Origin: Escherichia phage vB_EcoS_HZ_ZJUN2
Sequence record: PP216084
DNA: 64,000 nucleotides
Direction: 5' to 3' (one strand)
The notes below the pieces were generated by a model that did no database searches, was not told the origin of the DNA, and saw only the letters and a list, made by a program, of their open reading frames with translations. A program made the position numbers and the translations under genes. Positions 1-7,883 of this stretch are shown here, one piece after another (position 1 is the first letter of the stretch; each line of letters begins with the position of its first letter).

Positions 1-190
1 ATTATTCTCATTTAAGAAGTGGAATGATTCTCATTTAAGAAGTGGAATGCGAATGATAATTATTCTCATTTAAGAAGCGGAATGAGAACTATTCAAGAAG
101 TGGAATGAGAACTATTCAAGAAGCGAAATGATTCTCATCCTAGAAAGGGAATGCAAATGATAATGATTCTCATTTAAGAATGGAAGTGAG
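1..190. repeat. Degenerate tandem direct repeats, about 7 copies of a 23-30 bp unit (consensus ttctcatttaagaagtggaatga)
   Basis: Unit reiterated back to back across 1-190; contiguous, no unique spacers. Confidence 0.8.
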
Positions 191-315
191 AAACACTGTT
201 ATTTAAGTTATCCACAGACTTATTAACAGCACGATTTGACTTGACAGAATCCTAGCCATTTTGAGGCGTTATCCACCGACTTATCCACAGCTTATTCTAC
301 TGTATAAATATACAG
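184..315. repeat. Left arm of ~130 bp inverted repeat with three DnaA-box-like 9-mers and a 16 bp palindrome
   Basis: TTATCCACA at 208-216 and 281-289, TTATCCACC at 269-277; palindrome ctgtataaatatacag at 300-315; reverse complement aligns with 3648-3780. Confidence 0.75.
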
Positions 316-514
316 TATTCCTATGCAGTGAATAATTCTAATATAGGCTTAAAACGTCCTGAATCGCATTCTAGCGCGTTTTATTTTGGTGGGGATACTA
401 AAACAAGGGCAAAACTGGAGGAGGCTTAGAAATTAGTTAGCTCGCTAACGATCACACAAGGCGACACGTAACACCCTAATCATTAGCAGGCTAACCATCG
501 CGGGCGCGGTCAAA

Positions 515-538
515 TGAGAATCATTCTCATTTGAGAAT
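515..538. repeat. Interlocked short palindromes (tgagaat-c-attctca and attctca-ttt-gagaat)
   Basis: Direct reading; sequence related to the 1-190 repeat unit. Confidence 0.6.
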
Positions 539-682
539 TGGGGGCGCTCCCTGATAGTTGCGCCCGTGATTATTATAGTAGTGGGCAACCGTTACGCTTT
601 GCCCACTCCCGCCACTCATCTTGCTGTCTAGACTTGCGACGGCGTACTAAAAACCGCTTATACCAGTGATTAAACCATCGTT

Positions 683-886
683 TCATAGATCCCCCTCGGG
701 TAGTCGATGCGTGATCTTCTCCTCTTCCCCGTAGGAATCGACTAAATGCTGATAATAACCATCATGATCATAAATCACCTTATCATACTCACCACGCTCA
801 ACCGCTTGCCGGTTTTCCGGCGTATCGGGCACATAAAAAACGTCAACCATTGTACTGATTTTGGTTACAACAATTTTATTGCTCAT
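683..886 (-). CDS. Hypothetical protein, 67 aa
   Basis: ORF in track; acidic, no recognisable motif; last gene of minus-strand block. Confidence 0.5.
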   Translation of the reverse strand: MSNKIVVTKISTMVDVFYVPDTPENRQAVERGEYDKVIYDHDGYYQHLVDSYGEEEKITHRLPEGDL

Positions 887-996
887 AATAACGCCCTAGT
901 AAATATATTTTTGCCAATAGCGGCGAACGTTATCGCCACCAGCGGAATCATTAGCTGCCTTACTATTACCAACGAAAATATATAATCTCATTAGTA

Positions 997-1158
997 TTAT
1001 TTTCCCCGCATTAATTTATACATAACTAACATCCCACAAAACTGACCTAAAATAGTGCAGACAACAAGTGATAACACAATATTGCCTATGGTGTTATAAG
1101 TAACTACACCAACAATAAGGGATAATGCATACCCTAGCAGGGCAATATAAACAGCCAT
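997..1158 (-). CDS. Small hydrophobic membrane protein, 53 aa (below ORF-track cutoff)
   Basis: Hand translation MAVYIALLGYALSLIVGVVTYNTIGNIVLSLVVCTILGQFCGMLVMYKLMRGK; ATG 10 nt downstream of the stop of 1168-1509; AGGT upstream. Confidence 0.4.
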   Translation of the reverse strand: MAVYIALLGYALSLIVGVVTYNTIGNIVLSLVVCTILGQFCGMLVMYKLMRGK

Positions 1159-1167
1159 ATTATTTAC

Positions 1168-1509
1168 CTATTTTCGAAACGCTGTTTCAATACTATCAGC
1201 CGTGGATTGAATATACGCGCCTTTCATGATCAGGCGCTCGGTGCATATCTTGCGAAAAATATTAATAAAATCATCCTCATTTTCTGCAATTAATGCCTCA
1301 CCCATAACCTGAACGTCGCAAGATGCAAAGGTCAAAAATTGAAATGCTAGTTCACGGGCAACAACCGCATTAATCTTATAATGCGCCTTTCCCTCGTAAA
1401 TATTAACAACGCCCTTATAATCAGGCGAAAGCTGATTTAAGTAGTTTGCTAATAATCCCGGGCGGCAATTAGTAACAAAGCGATTGCCCTCGTAAATGAT
1501 CATTTGCAT
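1168..1509 (-). CDS. Hypothetical protein, 113 aa
   Basis: ORF in track; start ATG overlaps stop of upstream small ORF (ATGCAAATGA). Confidence 0.6.
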   Translation of the reverse strand: MQMIIYEGNRFVTNCRPGLLANYLNQLSPDYKGVVNIYEGKAHYKINAVVARELAFQFLTFASCDVQVMGEALIAENEDDFINIFRKICTERLIMKGAYIQSTADSIETAFRK

Positions 1510-1631
1510 AACCTCCCGATCAGATAGCCTGATAATAACATAAAGATCCCCAACGAAATGGGGTCATTCTTAAATAAGGTGGCGATAAAACCGCCAGCCA
1601 TTGCAAGGAGAACAACAAAAACGCTTTTCAT
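1500..1631 (-). CDS. Small two-helix membrane peptide, 43 aa (below ORF-track cutoff)
   Basis: Hand translation MKSVFVVLLAMAGGFIATLFKNDPISLGIFMLLSGYLIGRLCK; start ATG overlaps TGA stop of 1628-1840 (ATGA coupling). Confidence 0.4.
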   Translation of the reverse strand: MKSVFVVLLAMAGGFIATLFKNDPISLGIFMLLSGYLIGRLCK

Positions 1632-1840
1632 AGTACCCCACGAAACGCAGCGTAAAAGGTGGCAAAATGTTTAACTGTTTCAGCTATCACGTTGCCGCGC
1701 TTATCAAATTTTTTCTCAGTAACACGAAAGGCATTTTTATTACGTGCTACATATTCGATTTTACAGTCTGGACGCTCGAACGTGTTAACGTCCACCAGCT
1801 TAAAGCCTTTGGAACGAGCAAGGGAAACATTACGAATCAT
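1628..1840 (-). CDS. Hypothetical basic protein, 70 aa
   Basis: ORF in track; AAAGGAGAATAA RBS immediately upstream. Confidence 0.55.
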   Translation of the reverse strand: MIRNVSLARSKGFKLVDVNTFERPDCKIEYVARNKNAFRVTEKKFDKRGNVIAETVKHFATFYAAFRGVL

Positions 1841-1842
1841 TT

Positions 1843-1992
1843 TTATTCTCCTTTACTAGTCATGCAGCCCAGCAGATAAGAAAATGCAGCGATACCCGCG
1901 CCGATAATAACCGCGTGAACATCGAAAGCTATTGCAAACAAAGATAAAATAGCGCCCAAGATACCCGCCAGAATAGCTCGAAAAATAACCAT
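1843..1992 (-). CDS. Small membrane protein, 49 aa (below ORF-track cutoff)
   Basis: Hand translation MVIFRAILAGILGAILSLFAIAFDVHAVIIGAGIAAFSYLLGCMTSKGE; AGGAGA RBS upstream; its 3' end holds the RBS of the next gene. Confidence 0.4.
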   Translation of the reverse strand: MVIFRAILAGILGAILSLFAIAFDVHAVIIGAGIAAFSYLLGCMTSKGE

Positions 1993-2039
1993 TTTTATTC
2001 TCCTAGTTAGTGGGGGCGAAAGTAACGCCCCGTTATTAA

Positions 2040-2270
2040 TTACATTAAAACGATTTTGGCGGCTTGTTTTTTGGTGCAGTGTTCCGCTTTCAGGGTATCC
2101 AGCAAAAAGCCCGCCGTTTGCTGATCGATTTGATCATTATCATAAAGCGCCTGAATGGTGGTGTAAGTTTTAGCAATGCCGTATTCTTGCACCATTTCTT
2201 GAATGATCCAGCGATTTGATACCCAGCCTTTTCCAGTGAAAAGAGCGTCAGAAGAAGAAAAAGCAACCAT
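2040..2270 (-). CDS. Hypothetical protein, 76 aa
   Basis: ORF in track; followed on the minus strand by GC hairpin 2013-2031. Confidence 0.55.
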   Translation of the reverse strand: MVAFSSSDALFTGKGWVSNRWIIQEMVQEYGIAKTYTTIQALYDNDQIDQQTAGFLLDTLKAEHCTKKQAAKIVLM

Positions 2271-2331
2271 TATAAGCCTCCAAAATTTTTTGGGAAATTT
2301 TCAACCGTCCTCGAACGGTGTAAAGGCATTA

Positions 2332-2362
2332 TAACAAAAAGGCCGCCATAATCGGCGACCTT
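2332..2362 (-). terminator. Hairpin plus U-run, candidate intrinsic terminator after the 331 aa gene
   Basis: aaggccgcc-ataatc-ggcgacctt stem-loop at 2339-2362 with A-run 2334-2340 on the plus strand (U-run on minus). Confidence 0.45.
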
Positions 2363-2385
2363 TACAAAACTTTACATTAGACTAA

Positions 2386-3381
2386 TTATTGCTCGTTTTC
2401 GGTGTTAGTGGTAAAAGTAGAAATATCAATGCCCTTCACCATTTCATCGATCATTTCAGCAATGTTAAAACTTTGTACCATTTCTAGCATTGCCGCTTCC
2501 ATAGCTGCACCCGCTACCGCTTTCGCCTTCTGGTTACTCGGGGCGTACTGGTCAACCGCTACGCTCAGCAGGTTGGCAATGACTACTCGACCAATCGGCG
2601 TATCAATATAACCTTTAATCATGAACGGTGCTTTTTTAGCCGCTACTTTCGTGATTTGAGTCAATGCAATTTTACCCGCTTCCAGTTTTGCAGCATTTAC
2701 AACGGCGGACTTATTAGCGGCAACGATATTAGCGATCTTGGTCATAGTATTTTTTCCTTTGTTTTCAGTGATTTGAGTGTTAACGCTTTGAGTGTTAGAA
2801 TTTACAGTATGTTTTTCTATATTGTCAATAGGCTGATCCTCATCTTTCCAGAAAGAAAAGCCCGCTCTTTCGATATCCCCATCATATACGTATGGGTATA
2901 CTTCCGACGGTAACAAAAAATTGCCATCATCATCAAAGGCCATTACAGCCGCCAGACGATACCCGTCACCGATTGACCGATTCCAGCCAACGGATAAATA
3001 ACGCCAAAATGAATCAAGAAAATTTTCTACATCATAAAGATCCTTATCATAAGGCTCATAATTTTCTATTGAAAAAACTTCTAAGCCCGCCCCCGCATCA
3101 TAGGCTTTTACTGTGCTACCTTTTACAATTATAAAATCAGTATCCGGCCCCCTACTAGTAAGCAAGTGATTATCTCGATTATATAAGATAATCGTTGCCC
3201 CTTGCTTATATAAGGGTAGAAAGCTACGCATATCATAGGCGTCGAAATCATCAAAAAAATTCTGGTGAATATCTTCGACTTTGTTAACAAAGTGCTTAAT
3301 GCTGGTTGTTCTGCTACCGTCCAGCAGGTTGCGCAGCGCACCTTTTAAGACGGTTGCGTTATCTGGTTTATATAGCCTCAT
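2386..3381 (-). CDS. Hypothetical two-domain protein, 331 aa, pre-early-like region
   Basis: Long ORF with even codon usage; N-terminal acidic domain and C-terminal Ala/Lys-rich helical domain; no motif recognised. Confidence 0.7.
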   Translation of the reverse strand: MRLYKPDNATVLKGALRNLLDGSRTTSIKHFVNKVEDIHQNFFDDFDAYDMRSFLPLYKQGATIILYNRDNHLLTSRGPDTDFIIVKGSTVKAYDAGAGLEVFSIENYEPYDKDLYDVENFLDSFWRYLSVGWNRSIGDGYRLAAVMAFDDDGNFLLPSEVYPYVYDGDIERAGFSFWKDEDQPIDNIEKHTVNSNTQSVNTQITENKGKNTMTKIANIVAANKSAVVNAAKLEAGKIALTQITKVAAKKAPFMIKGYIDTPIGRVVIANLLSVAVDQYAPSNQKAKAVAGAAMEAAMLEMVQSFNIAEMIDEMVKGIDISTFTTNTENEQ

Positions 3382-3647
3382 TTGTTGGCCTCCCTCGTTA
3401 ATCGGTAGAAGAATGATAAAGGTAATTTTCTAGCATAGGCAAATATTATTTTACCTTTTTATTTTCCTTGCCTAACACCTAGTTTTATGCTAACCGCGCA
3501 GCGGTATAGTAAAGAGCAAAACACGGCGGAGCCACCAGGTCGACGCGTTGAGGCTTTACTTTAATATTACCTCACTGCGTTTAGCTCGTTAGAAAGCGTT
3601 TTAGGCGGCCTAAAATTGATTGCAGTCGTTAACACTGTCTTTCTACC

Positions 3648-3780
3648 CTGTATATTTATACAGTAGGATAACCTGTGGATAAGTCTGTGTAAAAGCCCTC
3701 ATATCGCCGCCTATCGTGTCAAATTATTTTGTGCTGTGGATAACGTTGTGGATAACTTAAATGATAGTGGTTCTCACTTA
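3648..3780. repeat. Right arm of the inverted repeat with three DnaA-box 9-mers (reverse orientation) and palindrome
   Basis: TGTGGATAA at 3674-3682, 3735-3743, 3747-3755; palindrome ctgtatatttatacag at 3648-3663; matches reverse complement of 184-315 with a central indel. Confidence 0.75.
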
Positions 3781-3950
3781 GGCCGATAGTTTCTTATAGT
3801 TATTATTTTTATAGTGATGATTTCTTATAGTTATTATTATAACGGTGATGATTTCTTATAGTTATTATTATATTGGTGATTATTTTTATAGTTATTATTT
3901 TTATAGTTATTATTTCTCATTAATTTATAATTATATTATATATCATGAAA
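3781..3950. repeat. AT-rich tandem repeat array (unit about 24 bp, gatgatttcttatagttattatt)
   Basis: At least 5 head-to-tail copies visible; the plus-strand ORF 3845-4048 is a translation artefact of this array. Confidence 0.75.
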
Positions 3951-4290
3951 TAGTTAGTTGGCTAATAAGATTTTCCGGGATTAATAGTCTGCTAATAATT
4001 CAGACCGTTACAATCCACCAGCATGATTATCATCCTAGCAATTATTAGTCTGCTATCTTTCTAATACACAACAACAAATAAAAGTCAAATATTTTATTTA
4101 ATAAATTAACGCAACGCCCCTCGATTTTTAAAAGTCAAGACCTTTTCCAACTATTTTTCAATTTTGCGTTTGTTAACGATTTGTTAAGTCGAAAATAGGC
4201 GGCCTAAAACGCGCCAGAACGCAATAAAGTTTTTAGCTATCCCATCATAAGGGATCACGCCGTTTATCGCTGCCACGAGCTTTTTAGATT

Positions 4291-4318
4291 TTGTCAAGTA
4301 GGGCAAGGCAAATATAAA
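4291..4318 (+). promoter_or_regulatory. Sigma70-like promoter candidate TTGTCA-16-TATAAA
   Basis: Hexamers at 4291-4296 and 4313-4318 in an AT-rich divergent control region. Confidence 0.35.
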
Positions 4319-4584
4319 TGAAAAATTTACTTGCCTATCTGCTATGTTTTGTGGTATTCGCGCGCCCGTTTCCTTTAAACTCGGGCAATCGCCGGACGTG
4401 TTGCCTTCTTTACATTTCTTTACAAAAATAAGGTTGCTCCTTTTTCGTTGTTTGTTATTATTTATCTCGTAGGGCGGCAATGACGAACTACACGGCGGGA
4501 AGTTTACCGCCGCGCTCTTTAAAAATTGGGTATATCTTAAAGCCTATCGGCGGTAAACTTATTACATTATAAGGAATCGACGAT

Positions 4585-4788
4585 ATGAAACAAACTTTAT
4601 TGATCACTGGTAAACCTATTAAGGCACTGGACAGCAGAACAAAAAATTTGTTGACAGTAGCGCAAAGATCGGTAAAATATCGATTTAAGCAGTACAAGAA
4701 AGGCCGCCAGCAAGGTTTGGAAATGATCTGGCGAAATATTATGATCGACCTGAAGGAAAATCATAAAAAACTGCAAAAAACAGCTTGA
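4585..4788 (+). CDS. Hypothetical small basic protein, 67 aa
   Basis: AAGGAA 8 nt upstream of ATG; Lys/Arg-rich; overlapped by antisense ORFs judged spurious. Confidence 0.35.
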   Translation: MKQTLLITGKPIKALDSRTKNLLTVAQRSVKYRFKQYKKGRQQGLEMIWRNIMIDLKENHKKLQKTA

Positions 4789-5017
4789 CACCATAGCCGA
4801 TAGGCTTTAAGATGTACCCAGTTCGATAAGAGCGATAACTTGATAAAATCTGACGGCCGGTACTTGCCATAATGTGCCCCGCCCCCTAACTGGGATATAG
4901 CGGCCCGCGTGGAGTTCCTTAAATTGATTTTATAATGGCGAGTGGATTTTTTCTTATTATCTGCTAGAAAGTAGCAGATAATGCGGAACAATCCACAAAT
5001 AACTTGGAGTTTATACC

Positions 5018-5269
5018 ATGAAAAACGTTATTAATGCGCCGAAAGTTGGTCAATCCGTTTTTATTCCTTTCGTTACTAAAACGGACGAATTAACCGGAAA
5101 AGCCGAACGTATTAAAGGCGCGGCGCTCATGCCGTTCGATACAATCGATGCGGTATACGCTGAAAATGAGCGCAGTAACAACGGAAAAACCGTTTTTAGC
5201 GTTCGCGTTAAATCTGGCGACGTTGTAAAGGTTGTTCAACGCAACGAAAAATGGGAAGCTGTATTATAA
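5018..5269 (+). CDS. Hypothetical pre-early protein, 83 aa
   Basis: Conserved initiation context cttGGAGtttatacc-ATG; followed by hairpin 5285-5310. Confidence 0.5.
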   Translation: MKNVINAPKVGQSVFIPFVTKTDELTGKAERIKGAALMPFDTIDAVYAENERSNNGKTVFSVRVKSGDVVKVVQRNEKWEAVL

Positions 5270-5284
5270 ATTAGTGTTAACTTT

Positions 5285-5310
5285 ATATGCCCCGAACTAC
5301 TGGGGCATAT
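5285..5310 (+). terminator. GC-rich palindromic hairpin after a pre-early cassette
   Basis: atatgcccc-gaactac-tggggcatat. Confidence 0.4.
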
Positions 5311-5370
5311 AACGATTAACATTATGTTAATCATTTAATCCCTTAAATTAAATTAATTGGAGTTTATATC

Positions 5371-5787
5371 ATGACTAACGTTAAAACCGAAAAAGCCGCA
5401 AAATTTTCTTGGAATGAAGAAAACACTCAGCAGGCTGTTACCATGTATCAGCAGTTAATCAACGAAAACGGGCTAGAATTCGCAAATAGCGACGGCTTGA
5501 AAGAGATCGCAAAGGCAGTAGGCGCGGCTTCTCCCGTATCCGTTCGGTCAAAATTGACCAGCGCGAAAGCCTATCAGAAAAGCGACAAGCCGCGCAAAGT
5601 TGGCGGCGGTAGTTCAATCCGCAAGGCTCATTATGTGCGAGTGATTGCAAAACATGCCATCGATTCCGGCATTATCAAGGACGCCGATGATCTGGCAAGC
5701 CTTGAAAGCGCGAAATTAGAAACGTTGGACGTCGTGGCGCAACTATTGGGCGTTGCCGATGAAGTAAAACAAGCCGCAGGCGAATAA
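5371..5787 (+). CDS. Putative DNA-binding protein, 138 aa (possible A2-like candidate)
   Basis: Conserved RBS context; carries the motif EIAKAVGAASPVSVRSKLTSAKAY also seen in 52881-53648 and 57438-57848; size fits a ~15 kDa pre-early protein. Confidence 0.5.
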   Translation: MTNVKTEKAAKFSWNEENTQQAVTMYQQLINENGLEFANSDGLKEIAKAVGAASPVSVRSKLTSAKAYQKSDKPRKVGGGSSIRKAHYVRVIAKHAIDSGIIKDADDLASLESAKLETLDVVAQLLGVADEVKQAAGE

Positions 5788-5794
5788 ATTTAAT

Positions 5795-5816
5795 TAGCGG
5801 GGAATACTCCCCGCTA
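5795..5816 (+). terminator. GC-rich palindromic hairpin after a pre-early cassette
   Basis: tagcgggg-aatact-ccccgcta. Confidence 0.4.
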
Positions 5817-5844
5817 TAATTTCCCTTTAATTGGAGTTATTAAA

Positions 5845-6042
5845 ATGATTTTCTTTCCTACTGAATCGCTCATTCTAGGCTTATTTATTATGGCGGCCTC
5901 GCTATTGTTCGCATATTTTCAAAATGACTTAGATTCATATTATTTTAAACGCAAATCTAAGTTAGCAAAGCGGTTAGGTCTGATTTGTTTTATTGCCGCC
6001 GTTGTTTGTGGTGTTAGTTCTAGCCTGATGCCTATTAGTTGA
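5845..6042 (+). CDS. Small membrane protein, 65 aa, two predicted TM helices
   Basis: Conserved RBS context ccctttaattGGAGtt; hydrophobic segments LILGLFIMAASLLFAY and LGLICFIAAVVCGV. Confidence 0.45.
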   Translation: MIFFPTESLILGLFIMAASLLFAYFQNDLDSYYFKRKSKLAKRLGLICFIAAVVCGVSSSLMPIS

Positions 6043-6054
6043 ATGTTGCAAATT

Positions 6055-6122
6055 ATAACGCCTATTATTCAAGGCGTTATATCTGGCAATATTTGCCAAT
6101 AACAAACGTTTTTTTTTTTTTT
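6055..6122 (+). terminator. Two hairpins followed by a T14 run
   Basis: ataacgcc...ggcgttat (6055-6080), tggcaatatttgccaa (6084-6099), T-run 6107-6122. Confidence 0.5.
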
Positions 6123-6147
6123 AATCCCTTTAATGGAGTTTATTATT

Positions 6148-7818
6148 ATGATTATTTCCGCAGAAAAACAAACCGTTATCCTGAAGCTGGCCGCTGACTT
6201 TAATTTTTATGGTAAACGTCTGCGCGCCACCCGGCTGGAAGTCTGCGACGATATATCAAAAGCGGTTTACGATACTGCAAAACACTCTACCGCGATTTGT
6301 GATTGGTTAGAAGCAAATAAACCAGCGAAACCGAAAACAGCGAAAGCGGTGAAAGCCATTAAAAACGACGAGCGCCCCGAAGCGGCTGGAATTATTTCTA
6401 GCACGGTGGAACAGTGGGAAGTAAAACAAGGTAAACGTTTTATTATTACATCGATTCAGAATAATACTTTCCCGCATAAAAACTTTTTAGCCTCGCTTGA
6501 GCAATATGCCCAATTTATTGGCGCTGATTTGCTTGTTTCTAAGTATATTTATAATAAAAACGGCTTTCAAAATGGTGAAGGCGCGGACGGTGTAAAATAT
6601 GATTCCGCGTTTGATAAATATATTTGCAGTAAAAACGTGTTTTTAAATAACCGCCGTTTTGCTTTCATGGCTGAAATTAATGTTTTGCCCACCGCAGATT
6701 ATCCGCTATCTGGATTCGCAGAAACTGCAACGGCGCTTAATCTGGAAGGTCTGGCAATTGGTCACGCTAAAATCACCGCCGAAAGCGTTCCAGCTTTAAA
6801 AGGTGAAGTGGTGCGCCGCATGTATTCCACCGGAACGGCAACGCTCAAAAACTACATTCAGCAGAAAGCAGGACAGAAAGCGGAGGCGCTGCATAATTTC
6901 GGGGCGCTGATTGTCGAGTTCGACGAAGACGGTGAGTTTTTTGTGCGCCAGCTTGAAACGATGGACGAAAGCGGCATGTTTTATGATCTGAATATCTGCG
7001 CCACTCCCGCCGGATGTTTTGAAACGTCGGGGCATGTTTTAGGTTTACAGTATGGCGACGTGCACGCTGAAAAATTAGATGAGGAGTGCGCCGCAGCGTC
7101 ATGGGGTCATGGTGATACTTATGGGCTAGTGGATATTCTTAAACCAAAATATCAATTCGTCCATGACGTTCACGATTTTACATCACGCAACCATCACAAC
7201 CGCGCTTCCGGTGTATTCCTAGCAAAACAATACGCCGCCGGACGTGATAAGGTTATGGATGATCTTATCGATACGGGGCGCGTACTGGAAGCAATGGAGC
7301 GCGATTTCTCGCAAACAATCATTGTTGAATCGAATCACGATCTGGCGTTATCTCGTTGGCTTGATGATCGAAATGCTAACATCAAAGACGACCCAGCAAA
7401 CGCCGAATTATATCACCGCCTGAATGCGGCTATCTATGCAGCTATCGCAAATCATGACGACACTTTCAACGTGCTAGATTATGCGCTGCGTAATGTTGCA
7501 GGCTGCGAGTTTAACGCCATTTTTTTAACGACTGATCAATCTTTTAAGATTGCAGGCATTGAGTGCGGTGTACACGGTCACAACGGCATTAACGGCAGCC
7601 GTGGAAACCCAAAACAATTTAAGAAATTGGGCAAATTAAACACCGGACACACCCACACCGCCAGCATTTACGGCGGCGTATACACGGCGGGCGTCGCTGG
7701 TTCCCTCGATATGGGCTACAACGTTGGCGCGTCAAGCTGGACGCAAACGCATTTAATTACATACGCAAACGGGCAACGCACTTTAATTGACTTTAAGAAC
7801 GGCAAATTTTTCGCATAA
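6148..7818 (+). CDS. A1: A1-like pre-early protein, 556 aa, calcineurin-like metallophosphatase (candidate DNase)
   Basis: Start moved to ATG at 6148 (the ATGGAG at 6133 is the RBS); motifs GDVHA, GHGD, ESNHD, GVHGHNG, TGHTHT; length equals recalled T5 A1. Confidence 0.6.
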   Translation: MIISAEKQTVILKLAADFNFYGKRLRATRLEVCDDISKAVYDTAKHSTAICDWLEANKPAKPKTAKAVKAIKNDERPEAAGIISSTVEQWEVKQGKRFIITSIQNNTFPHKNFLASLEQYAQFIGADLLVSKYIYNKNGFQNGEGADGVKYDSAFDKYICSKNVFLNNRRFAFMAEINVLPTADYPLSGFAETATALNLEGLAIGHAKITAESVPALKGEVVRRMYSTGTATLKNYIQQKAGQKAEALHNFGALIVEFDEDGEFFVRQLETMDESGMFYDLNICATPAGCFETSGHVLGLQYGDVHAEKLDEECAAASWGHGDTYGLVDILKPKYQFVHDVHDFTSRNHHNRASGVFLAKQYAAGRDKVMDDLIDTGRVLEAMERDFSQTIIVESNHDLALSRWLDDRNANIKDDPANAELYHRLNAAIYAAIANHDDTFNVLDYALRNVAGCEFNAIFLTTDQSFKIAGIECGVHGHNGINGSRGNPKQFKKLGKLNTGHTHTASIYGGVYTAGVAGSLDMGYNVGASSWTQTHLITYANGQRTLIDFKNGKFFA

Positions 7819-7828
7819 TTAAATTTAT

Positions 7829-7850
7829 AAGCGGGGTATATACCCCGCTT
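7829..7850 (+). terminator. Perfect 22 bp palindromic hairpin after A1-like gene
   Basis: aagcggggtata-taccccgctt. Confidence 0.45.
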
Positions 7851-7883
7851 ATGCCCCTTATTAAATTAATTGGAGTTATAAAC

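Noticed and set aside
1-190. Possible CRISPR array
   Set aside because: Repeats are contiguous and degenerate with no unique spacers of regular length and no cas genes nearby
746-985. Plus-strand 79 aa ORF
   Set aside because: Antisense to 683-886 in a minus-strand operon; hydrophobic low-complexity translation
184-3780. Transposon or IS element defined by the inverted repeats
   Set aside because: No transposase, integrase or recombinase motif in any enclosed ORF and no visible target-site duplication; kept as a finding about an inverted-repeat-flanked cassette instead
3845-4048. Plus-strand 67 aa ORF in the track
   Set aside because: Lies entirely within the AT-rich tandem repeat array; Tyr/Ile/Ser low-complexity translation; repeat artefact
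4184-4991. Minus-strand ORFs 4184-4480, 4488-4697, 4597-4794, 4761-4991
   Set aside because: Mutually overlapping, no RBS, implausible composition; region is better explained as a divergent control region plus one small plus-strand gene
6796-7102. Minus-strand ORFs inside the A1-like gene
   Set aside because: Arg-rich antisense artefacts within a well-supported long ORF
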